Source of the DNA: Actinomycetota bacterium
Lineage (GTDB): Bacteria; Actinomycetota; Acidimicrobiia; Acidimicrobiales; Ilumatobacteraceae
DNA: 64,000 bases
Assembly: GCA_016213665.1 (NCBI GenBank)
Contig: JACQZX010000035.1
Location: 1,037-65,036 of the forward strand
Reading direction: 5' to 3'
The position numbers were made by a program, and so were the translations under genes. The notes beneath the pieces were generated by a model, which was not told where the DNA came from, did no database searches, and saw nothing but the letters and a program-made list of their open reading frames with translations. Of this stretch, positions 1-8,290 are shown one piece after another. Each line of letters begins with the position of its first letter. Position 1 is the first letter of the stretch.

Positions 1-110
1 GCGGTCGCGCGGTCGCAACGTTGGATACCAGACCTTTCGGCGCTGGACTTCTAGAGTTGCTCCGCGCACCCGCCGCCGGGAAAGCTACGAATGAGTGCAA
101 GCCGAAGGGA

Positions 111-170
111 AGTCGTTAAGTGACAAGTCGTGCAGTAACAAGTCGACTAGTGAATAGTCGTTCAGCAAGC
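111..170. repeat. Four tandem imperfect 15-bp units, each beginning AGTCG
   Basis: AGTCG occurs at 111, 126, 141 and 156 in exact 15-bp phase. Units are agtcgttaagtgaca / agtcgtgcagtaaca / agtcgactagtgaat / agtcgttcagcaagc. The stretch is visibly more A/T-rich than its flanks and lies over the 5' end of the first gene. Confidence 0.7.
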
Positions 171-776
171 GACCGCCGGGCGTTGCTCCGCGCCGGCGTA
201 GGGCTGGGTGTCAGTGGTGCCGCGGTCTCGCTGCTGCCGCTGCCTATCGGCAGCGCGGTCGCATCATCGGGCACCGACGGAACCACGACCACCGCGCCGC
301 CTCGCCGCCCGACCGACGACGATGTCGCGCTGCTCGCCGCCGCGCAGCAGATCGAACTCACCGCTCGCGAGTTGTACGACGTGGCACTGGCCGCGGGCGG
401 TTGGTCCGAAGTCGAGACGACGGTGATCACCACCATTCGCGAGGCGCACGAGGCGGTGGCACAGGCACTTGCCGGCATGCTCGGTGGTGATGCCCCCGGC
501 GAGATCTCACAACCGCTGTTCGAGTCGCTGAGTGGCGGCTTCGAAGGTTCCCTCGGCGATCGACTCGCCGCCGCCTACTCTTTGGAGTCCGCAATCGTGG
601 CGACACACGGCGCCGCCCTCGCGGCACTTACCGGCATCGACGGTGCGACTCTTGTCGCCGCCGCCCAGTCGGCCGAAGCCCGACACGGAACCGTGCTCGC
701 CGATCTCGCCGGTGACACCGACCTGGCAACGCTTCTCGTGTGGAACGAGCAAGCCGAATTGGAAGTGTCGGCATGA
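150..776 (+). CDS. Ferritin-like domain protein with twin-arginine signal
   Basis: Tat-like SDRRALLRAGVGLGVSG is followed by helical ferritin-like repeats (LLAAAQQIELTARELY, AYSLESAIVATHGAALA, SAEARHGTVLA). The ORF opens at 120; GTG 150 is the in-frame start nearest the RR motif. The stop overlaps the next start as ATGA. Confidence 0.6.
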   Translation: MNSRSASDRRALLRAGVGLGVSGAAVSLLPLPIGSAVASSGTDGTTTTAPPRRPTDDDVALLAAAQQIELTARELYDVALAAGGWSEVETTVITTIREAHEAVAQALAGMLGGDAPGEISQPLFESLSGGFEGSLGDRLAAAYSLESAIVATHGAALAALTGIDGATLVAAAQSAEARHGTVLADLAGDTDLATLLVWNEQAELEVSA

Positions 777-1753
777 GTCCGAACAACGATCTCCATCCCG
801 TCACTGCCACACCGGTTGCTCGCCGACAACTGTTTCGTCTTGGTGGCGTAACGGTGGCATCCGCGGTAGCGCTCGCCGCCTGCGGCAAGAGCGAGGCAGG
901 GGCGCCCGGCCGTGTCGGTGTCGGCGAAGAAACCCCCAAGCTCGCCGACCCGGTGGTCAACAACGGCGTGCACATGCGCACGATGGCCGGGATCGAACAA
1001 TCGATCGCCGCGGCGTACACGCGCATGATCGACGAAGAGCTGCTGGCAGTGCCCAGTTCCACCTTTCCGAACGTCGGCGATCTCAGCGATGTCGTCACCG
1101 CCTTTCTCGAACACCACTCCGCCGCGGCCACCACCTTCAACGAGCTGGCCGTCGGTCAAAATGCCGAGCCGTGGGAGTGCGGTAACACCCGCCTCGATGA
1201 CGCTTTCATCAGCGTGGTCTTCGACCGGGTGGAGAACGGGGCGGAAGCCTCCGACGCGGCCGGCGCCATCGCCGCCAGTGACGACCCAACCCGCGACATG
1301 CTCAACCTCGTGCACACACTCGAGTCGTTGTCCGCGGCGTCGTGTCAAGGGCTCGCTTCCCAGGTCACCGAACCGGCTTTGCGCGCGGCGGCCGCAACCA
1401 TCGGCGTCGCCTCCGCTCGCCAGGCGGCACTGATCGCGTTGCGGCTCAACCCCGGCGGCTACGTCTCGGCGACCGATGCCGAGAGTGCGCAGCCAGCCGT
1501 TGTTGCCACCACGGCCGCGCCGACCACGACTCAGAACATCGCCGCCCCGGCCGACGACAGCAACGCTGACGCAACGGCGACGCCGCCGCTCACCGAGGTC
1601 CCGCTGCCGGTGGCCATTCCCGCTCAGTTCGGCTCGCTTGCCCCGATCGGCTACGTGGGTGGTGCCGGCGACGAGAACGGGGTGCGGCTGAAGCTGAACT
1701 TCGAAACGCCGAGCCTCAACTCGTTCGCATACCCATTCGACGTGTGCTCATAG
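773..1753 (+). CDS. Ferritin-like domain lipoprotein (Tat signal plus lipobox)
   Basis: ARRQLFRLGGVTVASAVALAACG gives an RR motif and a lipobox. The body is ferritin-like helical with an Ala/Thr-rich linker. It is translationally coupled (ATGA) to the upstream paralogue. Confidence 0.6.
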   Translation: MSPNNDLHPVTATPVARRQLFRLGGVTVASAVALAACGKSEAGAPGRVGVGEETPKLADPVVNNGVHMRTMAGIEQSIAAAYTRMIDEELLAVPSSTFPNVGDLSDVVTAFLEHHSAAATTFNELAVGQNAEPWECGNTRLDDAFISVVFDRVENGAEASDAAGAIAASDDPTRDMLNLVHTLESLSAASCQGLASQVTEPALRAAAATIGVASARQAALIALRLNPGGYVSATDAESAQPAVVATTAAPTTTQNIAAPADDSNADATATPPLTEVPLPVAIPAQFGSLAPIGYVGGAGDENGVRLKLNFETPSLNSFAYPFDVCS

Positions 1754-1796
1754 CCCGCGCGTAGAGCACCGCACCCGTAGACTTCACGATGGTGGT

Positions 1797-2172
1797 GAGT
1801 CGGCCGGGTGGCCGCGGTACGGCTTGACCGTATCGAGGAAAGTCGGGACTCCACAGAGCAGAGTGCTGGCGTGAGCCAGGTCGGGGCGACCTGACGGAAG
1901 TGCAACAGAGAGAGACCGCCGATGGGCTGTTGGTCCTTGGACCGACAGCCACAGGTAAGGGTGCAACGGTGCGGTAAGAGCGCACCAGCGTGCGAGGCGA
2001 CTCGCACGGCTCGGTAAACCCCACTCGGAGCAAGGCCAAGCAGAGAGAACGGACTGCTCGTTCGCCGGCCCCGGTCGGCAACTCTCGGGTAGGCCGCATA
2101 GAGGGATGGTCACCGTCGACTCGCTTCGGCGATGGCGACACAGAATCCCGCTTACAGGCCGACTCACTACCG
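1797..2172 (+). ncRNA. rnpB: RNase P RNA, bacterial type A
   Basis: Universal motifs are present: GAGGAAAGTCGGGACTCCACAGAGCA, GTGCAACAGAGAG, GGTAAGGGTGCAACGGTGCGGTAAGAGCGCACCAG, GGTAAACCCCACTCGGAGCAAGGCCAAG and ACAGAATCCCGCTTA. P1 pairs 5' GAGTCGGCC (1797-) with 3' GGCCGACTC (2157-2165). The ends are good to a few nt. Confidence 0.9.
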
Positions 2173-2176
2173 CTAC
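2146..2176. repeat. attL: 31-bp direct repeat overlapping the 3' end of rnpB
   Basis: tcccgcttacaggccgactcactaccgctac is identical to 9786-9816. Confidence 0.85.
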
Positions 2177-2251
2177 CCCGCTGACCAGGGGAAACGCGGC
2201 CCGCCGGTCGGGTCGTGGACACATTCACGACACACGGCGTCACCAGCGTGC

Positions 2252-3406
2252 CTACAACGCCGCCTCCGAGCGCGGTAGCCACGACGCCGACGCCGCCTCA
2301 ATCGCGTCGCGCGTCCGCTCCTCGTCGGTCGGCCAAAGGTGCGTGTAGACGTCCAGGGTTTCGGCTGGCGAGGCATGACCCAGCACCGCTTGCACGGCGG
2401 CCACCGACAGCCCGGCGGCGATGAGCGACGATGCCGCAACGTGTCGCAGGTCGTGTGTTCGGGTGCGGTCGAGCCCCGCGGTCGCGCACGCCTGCCGGTA
2501 GTGATCCGACCAGTTCGACCGCGGCACCGGCCCGCCGCGCGTCGTCGTGAAGATCAACCCCTGGTCGCCAGCGGGGAACTCGGCCAAGTGCGCGGCGAGT
2601 AGCTCGACGACGCGCACCGGCACCGGGATGGTGCGTATGCCCGCTTTCGTCTTGGGCGATGCGAACCCGGTTTGGCCCGCGACGTTCGCGAGCTGGCGAT
2701 CGACGCGGATCGACCGTCGCAGGAAGTCGACACGATCGACGGTCAGCCCGAGGCACTCCCCCAGCCTGAGCCCCACCGTCGCCATGAGTAGGACACCGGC
2801 GCTCCATCGCGGCGGCATTCCCTCTGCCAGCTCGGGCACCTTGCCCGCCACCTGCGCGATGTGTCGTGGGTCGACTCGTCGCTCGGTCTTCGCGCCGACC
2901 TTGACGCGCTCCGCGGGATTCTTCACGATGCGCCCATCGTCGACCGCTTCACGCAGCACGGCGGCGAGCGTGAACACGACGGCGCGCGCGGTCGTCGACG
3001 CGACCGCCTTGCTTCCCGCGCCCGAGGCTGTGGTCGTGTCGCGCTGCAACGATCCAGCGAACTGCTTGACTGCCTCGCGGTCGATCGTGGAGAGTTGGCG
3101 TCGACCGAACGCGGGCACTAGGTGCTTCCTAATGTGCGCAGCAAAAGTCTCGGCCGTCGTTGGCTTCACGGTCTGGCGCTTCCGATCTAGCCATCGCTCG
3201 GCGTACTCAGCAAACGTCATCTTGCCCGCGGACGGGTCGACATACTCGCCGCTGTTCTTGCGATGTTCGATCGATGTGAGGAAGGCGTCAGCCTCCTCCT
3301 TCTTCTTGAACGTCTTGGAGCGTTGCGCGCCATCCGGCGTCCGGTATCGCACGCGATGCTGAACCGCCCGGCCGTTCTTGTCCCTGGTCGTGTCGATGCT
3401 TGCCAC
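2252..3406 (-). CDS. Tyrosine recombinase / phage-type integrase
   Basis: The C-terminal catalytic signature is present: THDLRHVAASSLIAAG ... LGHASPAETLDVYTHLW. An N-terminal SAM-like core-binding region is also present. Start set to GTG 3406, preceded by AAGGAGG with a 7-nt spacer (the ORF opens at 3454). Confidence 0.9.
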   Translation of the reverse strand: MASIDTTRDKNGRAVQHRVRYRTPDGAQRSKTFKKKEEADAFLTSIEHRKNSGEYVDPSAGKMTFAEYAERWLDRKRQTVKPTTAETFAAHIRKHLVPAFGRRQLSTIDREAVKQFAGSLQRDTTTASGAGSKAVASTTARAVVFTLAAVLREAVDDGRIVKNPAERVKVGAKTERRVDPRHIAQVAGKVPELAEGMPPRWSAGVLLMATVGLRLGECLGLTVDRVDFLRRSIRVDRQLANVAGQTGFASPKTKAGIRTIPVPVRVVELLAAHLAEFPAGDQGLIFTTTRGGPVPRSNWSDHYRQACATAGLDRTRTHDLRHVAASSLIAAGLSVAAVQAVLGHASPAETLDVYTHLWPTDEERTRDAIEAASASWLPRSEAAL

Positions 3407-3408
3407 TG

Positions 3409-3984
3409 TCAGCCCTCCTTGTTGTCGAGACTGCCGGCGAGAAGTCGCCGACACTTTGCAGTCATGCGGCCGCCGGTTCGGCCCTCACTCTGATCCGGTC
3501 GGTCGGTTATCAGGCCGCGGCGTTCCGCCTCAGCGAGCCACGTTCGCCATGTCTTTTCCGACGGCCGCGAATTCGTCGGCGACTCACCCTCCTCGACGAG
3601 CCAGCGAATCGGTGTGCGCGGTTCGTGCTTCATCGCCGCCACGAACTCGGCTACCCGCTCCGCGTAAAACTCATCGCCCCGACCCCGTCGACCCGGCCGC
3701 GACCGCACGACCTCGCGGCGAAGCGACGGCGGCAACAGGAACCGCAACGGCGACGTCGTGAGCAGCTCCTCAATCCGGTCGTTGAGCTCGCCCATATTCA
3801 ACGTGCGGAGCACCGTCGCGGGCAGCGGTCGCGGCAGACCGTCCGACGACTCGACGGCCACGCGCCGCAGCCCCGCGCGTGCACCGTCGGAAACGACCTC
3901 AACGCGCAGATCCCAGCCCGGCAAGTACTCGCGTTGCACGCCCTCAATGCCGACTACTGGCCGACCGATGTGTCGCCACTCCAT
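3409..3984 (-). CDS. Hypothetical protein upstream of the integrase (possible element regulator)
   Basis: ATG 3984 is preceded by GGAGGGTAGGAAA. The stop lies 2 nt before the integrase start. No domain recognised. Confidence 0.5.
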   Translation of the reverse strand: MEWRHIGRPVVGIEGVQREYLPGWDLRVEVVSDGARAGLRRVAVESSDGLPRPLPATVLRTLNMGELNDRIEELLTTSPLRFLLPPSLRREVVRSRPGRRGRGDEFYAERVAEFVAAMKHEPRTPIRWLVEEGESPTNSRPSEKTWRTWLAEAERRGLITDRPDQSEGRTGGRMTAKCRRLLAGSLDNKEG

Positions 3985-3988
3985 TTTC

Positions 3989-4034
3989 CTACCCTCCGAA
4001 CAATGCAGACATCGTTGACAAGACGGGAGGGTAG
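3989..4034. promoter_or_regulatory. Divergent control region: 9-bp inverted repeat with an embedded TTGACA
   Basis: ctaccctcc (3989-3997) and ggagggtag (4026-4034) flank a consensus -35 hexamer TTGACA (4015-4020). The site lies between the leftward regulator/int genes and the rightward xis-rep operon. Confidence 0.4.
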
Positions 4035-4086
4035 CAGAGTACAACGGGAACTATCCACGTTTCAGACGATCATGGAGGAACAAGAG

Positions 4087-4278
4087 ATGGTTGAGAACCT
4101 CCTCACCTGCACCGAAACCGCCGAGCATCTCGGCGTCCCAGAAAAGACACTCGCCCAGTGGCGCTATCACGGCAAGGGTCCGGCCTACGTGAAGATCGGC
4201 AAATACGTGCGCTACCGCCCCGGCGACGTCGCGGCGTACCTCGCCGAAAACACCGTGCAACCGCGACCCGCGGCGTGA
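4087..4278 (+). CDS. Excisionase-like (MerR/Xis-type) helix-turn-helix protein
   Basis: LTCTETAEHLGVPEKTLAQWRYHGKGPAYVKIGKYVRYRPGDVAAYL is the classic excisionase-family HTH. ATG 4087 is preceded by GGAGGA; an alternative ATG lies at 4072. Confidence 0.8.
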   Translation: MVENLLTCTETAEHLGVPEKTLAQWRYHGKGPAYVKIGKYVRYRPGDVAAYLAENTVQPRPAA

Positions 4279-4411
4279 CCCGCTCGCGAACGAGGCCAGC
4301 CGAAGGGCTGGCCCCGCTGGTCGAATCGCCGCCACAGCGCACCGACAGCTGGCACGTTACCGCGGCAGCTGCGAGCTGGCGCGCCATCGACGCACTCGAC
4401 GCGGGGCGCTG

Positions 4412-5824
4412 ATGGCCGCGCAGCGCACAAAACCTGCGGTCGCGCAGCGGCCGATTCCGCACAACCTCCCAGCGGAAGAAAGCACACTCGGCACGATGCT
4501 CCTGTCGCTGGACGCAGCCCGCGCCGTCGTCGAGCTGGTGACCGCCGCCGACTTTTTCAAGCCCGCCCACGGTCACATTTTCCACGCGATCACGCAGCTC
4601 CTCGCCAAGCCTGACCCGCGCGTCGACGTCGTGCTGGTCGACGAACAGCTGCGCCAGAACGGGCTACATGATGAGGCTGGCGGATCGCAGTTCCTCATGG
4701 AGCTAACGACCGCGACCACGTCGATCGGAAGCGCGGCGAAGTACGCGGCCATCGTTAGGAACACCGCGGTCCAGCGCCGGATGATCGCGACCGCTGCGCA
4801 GATCACCGACCTCGGCTACATGACCGACGACCCGACGACGGCGATCACGCGTGCGCGCCAGCTCGTCGCCGACCTCGACGCGACACGGATGATCCACGCC
4901 GACGAGCCGATCGAACTGATCGACTGGTCAACGCTTCACGACCGCGGTGACGAGTACATCGACGGCGTGCTCATGCCCGCCCGCTGGTCCGCGTGGTGTG
5001 CCAGCGCGAAAGTGGGCAAGAGCACCCTCGCGGTGTGCCTGACGACTTCCGTCTCGAAAGGGATCAGCCCGCTCGACGGCACTCGCCGCGACCCGCTGAC
5101 CGTGCTGTACATCGACGCCGAGATGGGCCGACACGACCTGCACGAACGACTTGTCGACCTCGGCCACGACCCGGCGAAGCTCACCCGCTGGCACGCCAGT
5201 GACCTCCCCCCGAAGCTCGACACAGCCGAGGGTGGAAACGCGATCGTCGCCGCCACGCGTCAGCTCAGTGCCGCCATCGTCGTCATCGACGGCATCAACG
5301 GCGTCGTCTCGGGTGCCGAGAAGGACGACACCACCTGGCGCGCGTTCTACGACTGCACGGTCCGACCGCTGAAGCGCGACGGCGTCGCAGTGCTGACGCT
5401 CGACAACCTCGGCAAAGACCACACGCTCGGCCCACGCGGCTCGTCCGTCAAACTCGACAAGGCCGACGCCATCGTCCGACTCACCCGCACCGACAACGGC
5501 ATCCGACTGCAAGCAACCCACCGCCGATCCACCGCGTTCGACGCCGAACTCACCCTCACCGCGTACGGACTCGACGGCACCGAGGCGGTCGCGTTCCGCA
5601 GGACGTCATCGGCATGGCCCGACGGAACCAGCGACGCCGTCGCACTCCTCGACCAGCTCGGCCTACCCGCTGACGCCGGCCGCAACCGCGCCCGGCAGAT
5701 CCTCAAGGACGCCGGTCGACCGATGAGCGACAACCTGCTCAAAGCCGCGCTGCGCTACCGCAAATCCCACGTCGAAACCATCCCGCTGCCGCTGGAAGAA
5801 GGCCCACAAGATGAGACGTTCTGA
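4412..5824 (+). CDS. Replication protein: DnaB-N-terminal-like domain fused to a RecA-fold (RepA/AAA_25-like) ATPase
   Basis: The N-terminus PHNLPAEESTLGTMLLSLDAARAVVELVTAADFFKPAHGHIF resembles the DnaB N-domain. A Walker A motif is present (SAKVGKSTLAV), and VIDGING resembles Walker B. Confidence 0.7.
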   Translation: MAAQRTKPAVAQRPIPHNLPAEESTLGTMLLSLDAARAVVELVTAADFFKPAHGHIFHAITQLLAKPDPRVDVVLVDEQLRQNGLHDEAGGSQFLMELTTATTSIGSAAKYAAIVRNTAVQRRMIATAAQITDLGYMTDDPTTAITRARQLVADLDATRMIHADEPIELIDWSTLHDRGDEYIDGVLMPARWSAWCASAKVGKSTLAVCLTTSVSKGISPLDGTRRDPLTVLYIDAEMGRHDLHERLVDLGHDPAKLTRWHASDLPPKLDTAEGGNAIVAATRQLSAAIVVIDGINGVVSGAEKDDTTWRAFYDCTVRPLKRDGVAVLTLDNLGKDHTLGPRGSSVKLDKADAIVRLTRTDNGIRLQATHRRSTAFDAELTLTAYGLDGTEAVAFRRTSSAWPDGTSDAVALLDQLGLPADAGRNRARQILKDAGRPMSDNLLKAALRYRKSHVETIPLPLEEGPQDETF

Positions 5825-5852
5825 CGACCCAAAACCTGGGCGAGCTTTCCCC

Positions 5853-5951
5853 CGCCCAGCTTGTCCGACCATTTCGCCCAGGCCCGACGCCCAGCCCGAC
5901 GAAACCCACACGACCAACGGCTCGCCCAGCCCTGCGCCCAGGTTCGCCCAG
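5853..5951. repeat. Iteron-like array: six copies of CGCCCAG
   Basis: CGCCCAG starts at 5853, 5875, 5888, 5923, 5935 and 5945. Longer forms are tTCGCCCAGG at 5874 and 5944, and cTCGCCCAGc at 5922. The array lies immediately downstream of the replication gene. Confidence 0.6.
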
Positions 5952-5981
5952 GTACCCGCGGCTGAAGGGGGTGGCGGGGGT

Positions 5982-6146
5982 GTGGTGCGTAGCCCACCCC
6001 CGCAACCCAGCCCAGAGCCCGGCGGCTGCGACCACTGCAACGCGTACCAAACCGTCACCGCCGACCCTCAACTGCCGGGCCTATGGCACAACCGCATCCA
6101 CCACGACGACTGGTGCCCGTGGCTCGCGAGCAAGGAGCACCGATGA
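5982..6146 (+). CDS. Small Cys/His-containing hypothetical protein
   Basis: GGCDHCNAYQ...WHNRIHHDDWCPW. GTG 5982/5985 follows a G-rich SD-like stretch. The Pro-rich N-terminal part of the longer ORF (from 5811) coincides with the iteron DNA and is probably non-coding. Confidence 0.35.
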   Translation: MVRSPPPQPSPEPGGCDHCNAYQTVTADPQLPGLWHNRIHHDDWCPWLASKEHR

Positions 6147-6173
6147 CAACCCACCACGCGAGGAACCCCCACC

Positions 6174-6422
6174 GTGATCGACACCTACCGGCCCCAGTGG
6201 CACCGAAACGCCGCATGCCACGGCCAAACGTCGAGCTTCTTCCCGAAGCGCGGCCAGCCCATCGACGACGCCCGCGCCATCTGCGCAGCTTGCCCAGTAC
6301 TCGACCAATGCCGCGAGTACGTCACCCGCGTCGCCGCGCCCGAGATGTACGGCGTGTGGGCAGGACTCAGCGAACGACAACGACGACAGCTGCGCCGCGC
6401 TCGACGCGCCAGCTCGACGTGA
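6174..6422 (+). CDS. WhiB-family transcription factor (Fe-S, Wbl)
   Basis: Four Cys are present (AACHG ... ICAACPVLDQC). The GVWAG turn and an Arg-rich C-terminal tail (SERQRRQLRRARR) follow. Confidence 0.85.
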   Translation: MIDTYRPQWHRNAACHGQTSSFFPKRGQPIDDARAICAACPVLDQCREYVTRVAAPEMYGVWAGLSERQRRQLRRARRASST

Positions 6423-6587
6423 CGCCCACCCCCCCAGGGGTACCAACGCGGGCGGTCGGGCGGTCAGGGTCAAAGGGGGCTGCGCGGTGACGTGAGGATG
6501 AATTGCGCGCTCGTTTTTAGCGCTCCCCGAGTGCAACCAATCGACCCGCCCCCCAAGGGCAAAACCAGAGCAGAAGGAGACCAACGA

Positions 6588-6857
6588 ATGAGCAACGACG
6601 ACGACACGACTGAGGGTTTCGACGGCGAGCATCGCTTCGAGCTGAACGGTGACGAGCTGACCACGTCGGCACCGGCGGTGCTGGTGGTGCTGGATGAGGA
6701 CTGGTGGCGCAAGCTGGTCGCGCAGCTCGACGATGTCGGCATCGACAAGCTGCTGGCTGGTGAGCTGCGGTACACCGCGTTCGCTGACGACGGGGTGGCA
6801 TCGTTGCCGCTGGTCCCGCCGCAATGGCTCCGCGATGAAATCGAGTCGGAGTTGTAG
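6588..6857 (+). CDS. Acidic hypothetical protein upstream of the capsid gene
   Basis: ATG 6588 is preceded by GAAGGAGA. The product is 89 aa and acidic, with no domain recognised. Confidence 0.5.
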   Translation: MSNDDDTTEGFDGEHRFELNGDELTTSAPAVLVVLDEDWWRKLVAQLDDVGIDKLLAGELRYTAFADDGVASLPLVPPQWLRDEIESEL

Positions 6858-6995
6858 AGTGCCCCTGTTCGGTCGAGCGATTCGATCGGGCGGAACTCCA
6901 GGGCGCGATGCCCACCCGTCCAGAGGTGCAGGCGCGAGGCCGCACGACTTGCCGGTGACTTCCCCGCATCGACTAGCCCAGGAGGCTTCACGCAC

Positions 6996-7811
6996 ATGCC
7001 CGTAACCACTGAAAGTTTCGACGGCTTCACTTGCCGCGATGACCTTGCGACGTTCGTCGCCAACGCGGCGGTAGGTGGCGCGCCGTTCGCGCGTTCACTC
7101 ACGCCGCTGCCAACTGAACGCGGTGGTGTCGCGTTCCCGACCGTCGCGCCCGACGGATTCGATTGGGTGAGCGAAGGCGCGCCGATTCCCGAGGTCGATC
7201 TGCACGACGACGCGAATGTTGTCGCCGTCGCCAAGCTCGCCGGCCTCGTGAAGATGAGCAACGAGTTCGTTGGCGACAACGAGCTGCCGATCTCGAACCT
7301 GCTGCGCGACGCCGTAGCGGACTCGATGGGTCCAAAGCTCGACGTCGGTCTGCTGTTCGGCGGCGGAGCACCCGAGCCGAACGGGATCCTCGCGCTCGCC
7401 GCCGAGTCAGTGATCGGCCCCGACTTTCGTTCGTCGATCATCGGCGCGTGGGGTGAGCTCGTCGATGCAGGCGCGAACCCGGAGAGCATCGTCGCGTTCG
7501 CGAGCGCGGGCGTCGTCGCATGGGAACTCGGCCGCACGAACGACCAGGGCACACCGGTGCACGCCGACGGCGCGGCCGCGATGGTCGGGCCGGGCATCAA
7601 GCTGGTAGCTGTTCCGTCGTTGTCGGCCGGTGCAACGCTGGTCGCTGACGTGTCGCGGTTGTTCCTCGTCTTGCGCGACGACTTCGAGGCGAAGTTCAGC
7701 GAGCACGCTGCGTTCGCCAACGACCAGACGGTCATGCGCGTGAAGGGTCGATTCGCGATCGCGTGCCCGACACCGGGCAAGGCGTTGCGCGTCATTCCGA
7801 ACGCGTCCTAA
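6996..7811 (+). CDS. HK97-type phage major capsid protein, short form (271 aa, no N-terminal delta/scaffold domain)
   Basis: The Phage_capsid-like pattern is VAVAKLAGLVKMSNEFVGDN...LLRDAVADSMGPKLDVGLLFGGGAPEPNGIL ... KLVAVPSL...LVADVSRLFLVLRDD...DQTVMRVKGRFA. The ATG is preceded by AGGAGG. Confidence 0.75.
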   Translation: MPVTTESFDGFTCRDDLATFVANAAVGGAPFARSLTPLPTERGGVAFPTVAPDGFDWVSEGAPIPEVDLHDDANVVAVAKLAGLVKMSNEFVGDNELPISNLLRDAVADSMGPKLDVGLLFGGGAPEPNGILALAAESVIGPDFRSSIIGAWGELVDAGANPESIVAFASAGVVAWELGRTNDQGTPVHADGAAAMVGPGIKLVAVPSLSAGATLVADVSRLFLVLRDDFEAKFSEHAAFANDQTVMRVKGRFAIACPTPGKALRVIPNAS

Positions 7812-8023
7812 GCGTTCCTTGATCGTCTCTTCAAGCCCGGCGATCGAGGGGCGACGGTCGCGCTGCTCGATCTTTCGGGCGAGCTGCGCGACTACCCCCG
7901 GTGCGTTCCCCATCCGCGTTTTTCTTCGTCGTTGAGCGCGGACGGGGGGCGGCCACCGTCACCAAAATGAGAACGGGACCGACCCGGCAAAGTCGGCCCC
8001 GATCCACACAACGAAGGAGCGTC

Positions 8024-8188
8024 ATGGTCTCCAGCGCAGAAGGCCCGCACGGTAGCGCGTGCGAAGTGATCGAGAAGCGGTCGTCGTTCGAGACTGCCGA
8101 CATCGGCGAAGTGCTCAACGAACTGACAGCGATGACCGCGGCCGAACGTCGCCAGCTCGCATGGTCGCGGTTCGATCGCGTCCCCTGA
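8024..8188 (+). CDS. Small hypothetical protein (54 aa)
   Basis: A strong SD (GAAGGAG) lies 5 nt upstream of ATG 8024. No domain recognised. Confidence 0.45.
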   Translation: MVSSAEGPHGSACEVIEKRSSFETADIGEVLNELTAMTAAERRQLAWSRFDRVP

Positions 8189-8290
8189 CTTAGGTCCCCC
8201 CGCCGCTAGAAATCCACCACAGCCGCTACACGTTCCCCCCGGCAGCGGACGAGCGCTCTCGAGTGCCTGGCTGCGCTCTACGCTGGAATC

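Noticed and set aside
6470-7795. A 441-aa minus-strand ORF across the capsid region.
   Set aside because: It is antisense to the SD-preceded capsid gene and to the acidic ORF. Its composition is Ser/Ala/Pro-rich, with no recognisable domain.
6996-7811. The possibility that the 271-aa HK97-fold protein is an encapsulin shell protein rather than a phage capsid.
   Set aside because: The sequence text follows the phage major-capsid (HK97/Phage_capsid) pattern rather than family-1 encapsulin conserved blocks. No cargo-type gene (ferritin-like, peroxidase, desulfurase) is adjacent within the element, and the context is int/xis/rep. Structure-based comparison would still be needed to exclude it fully.
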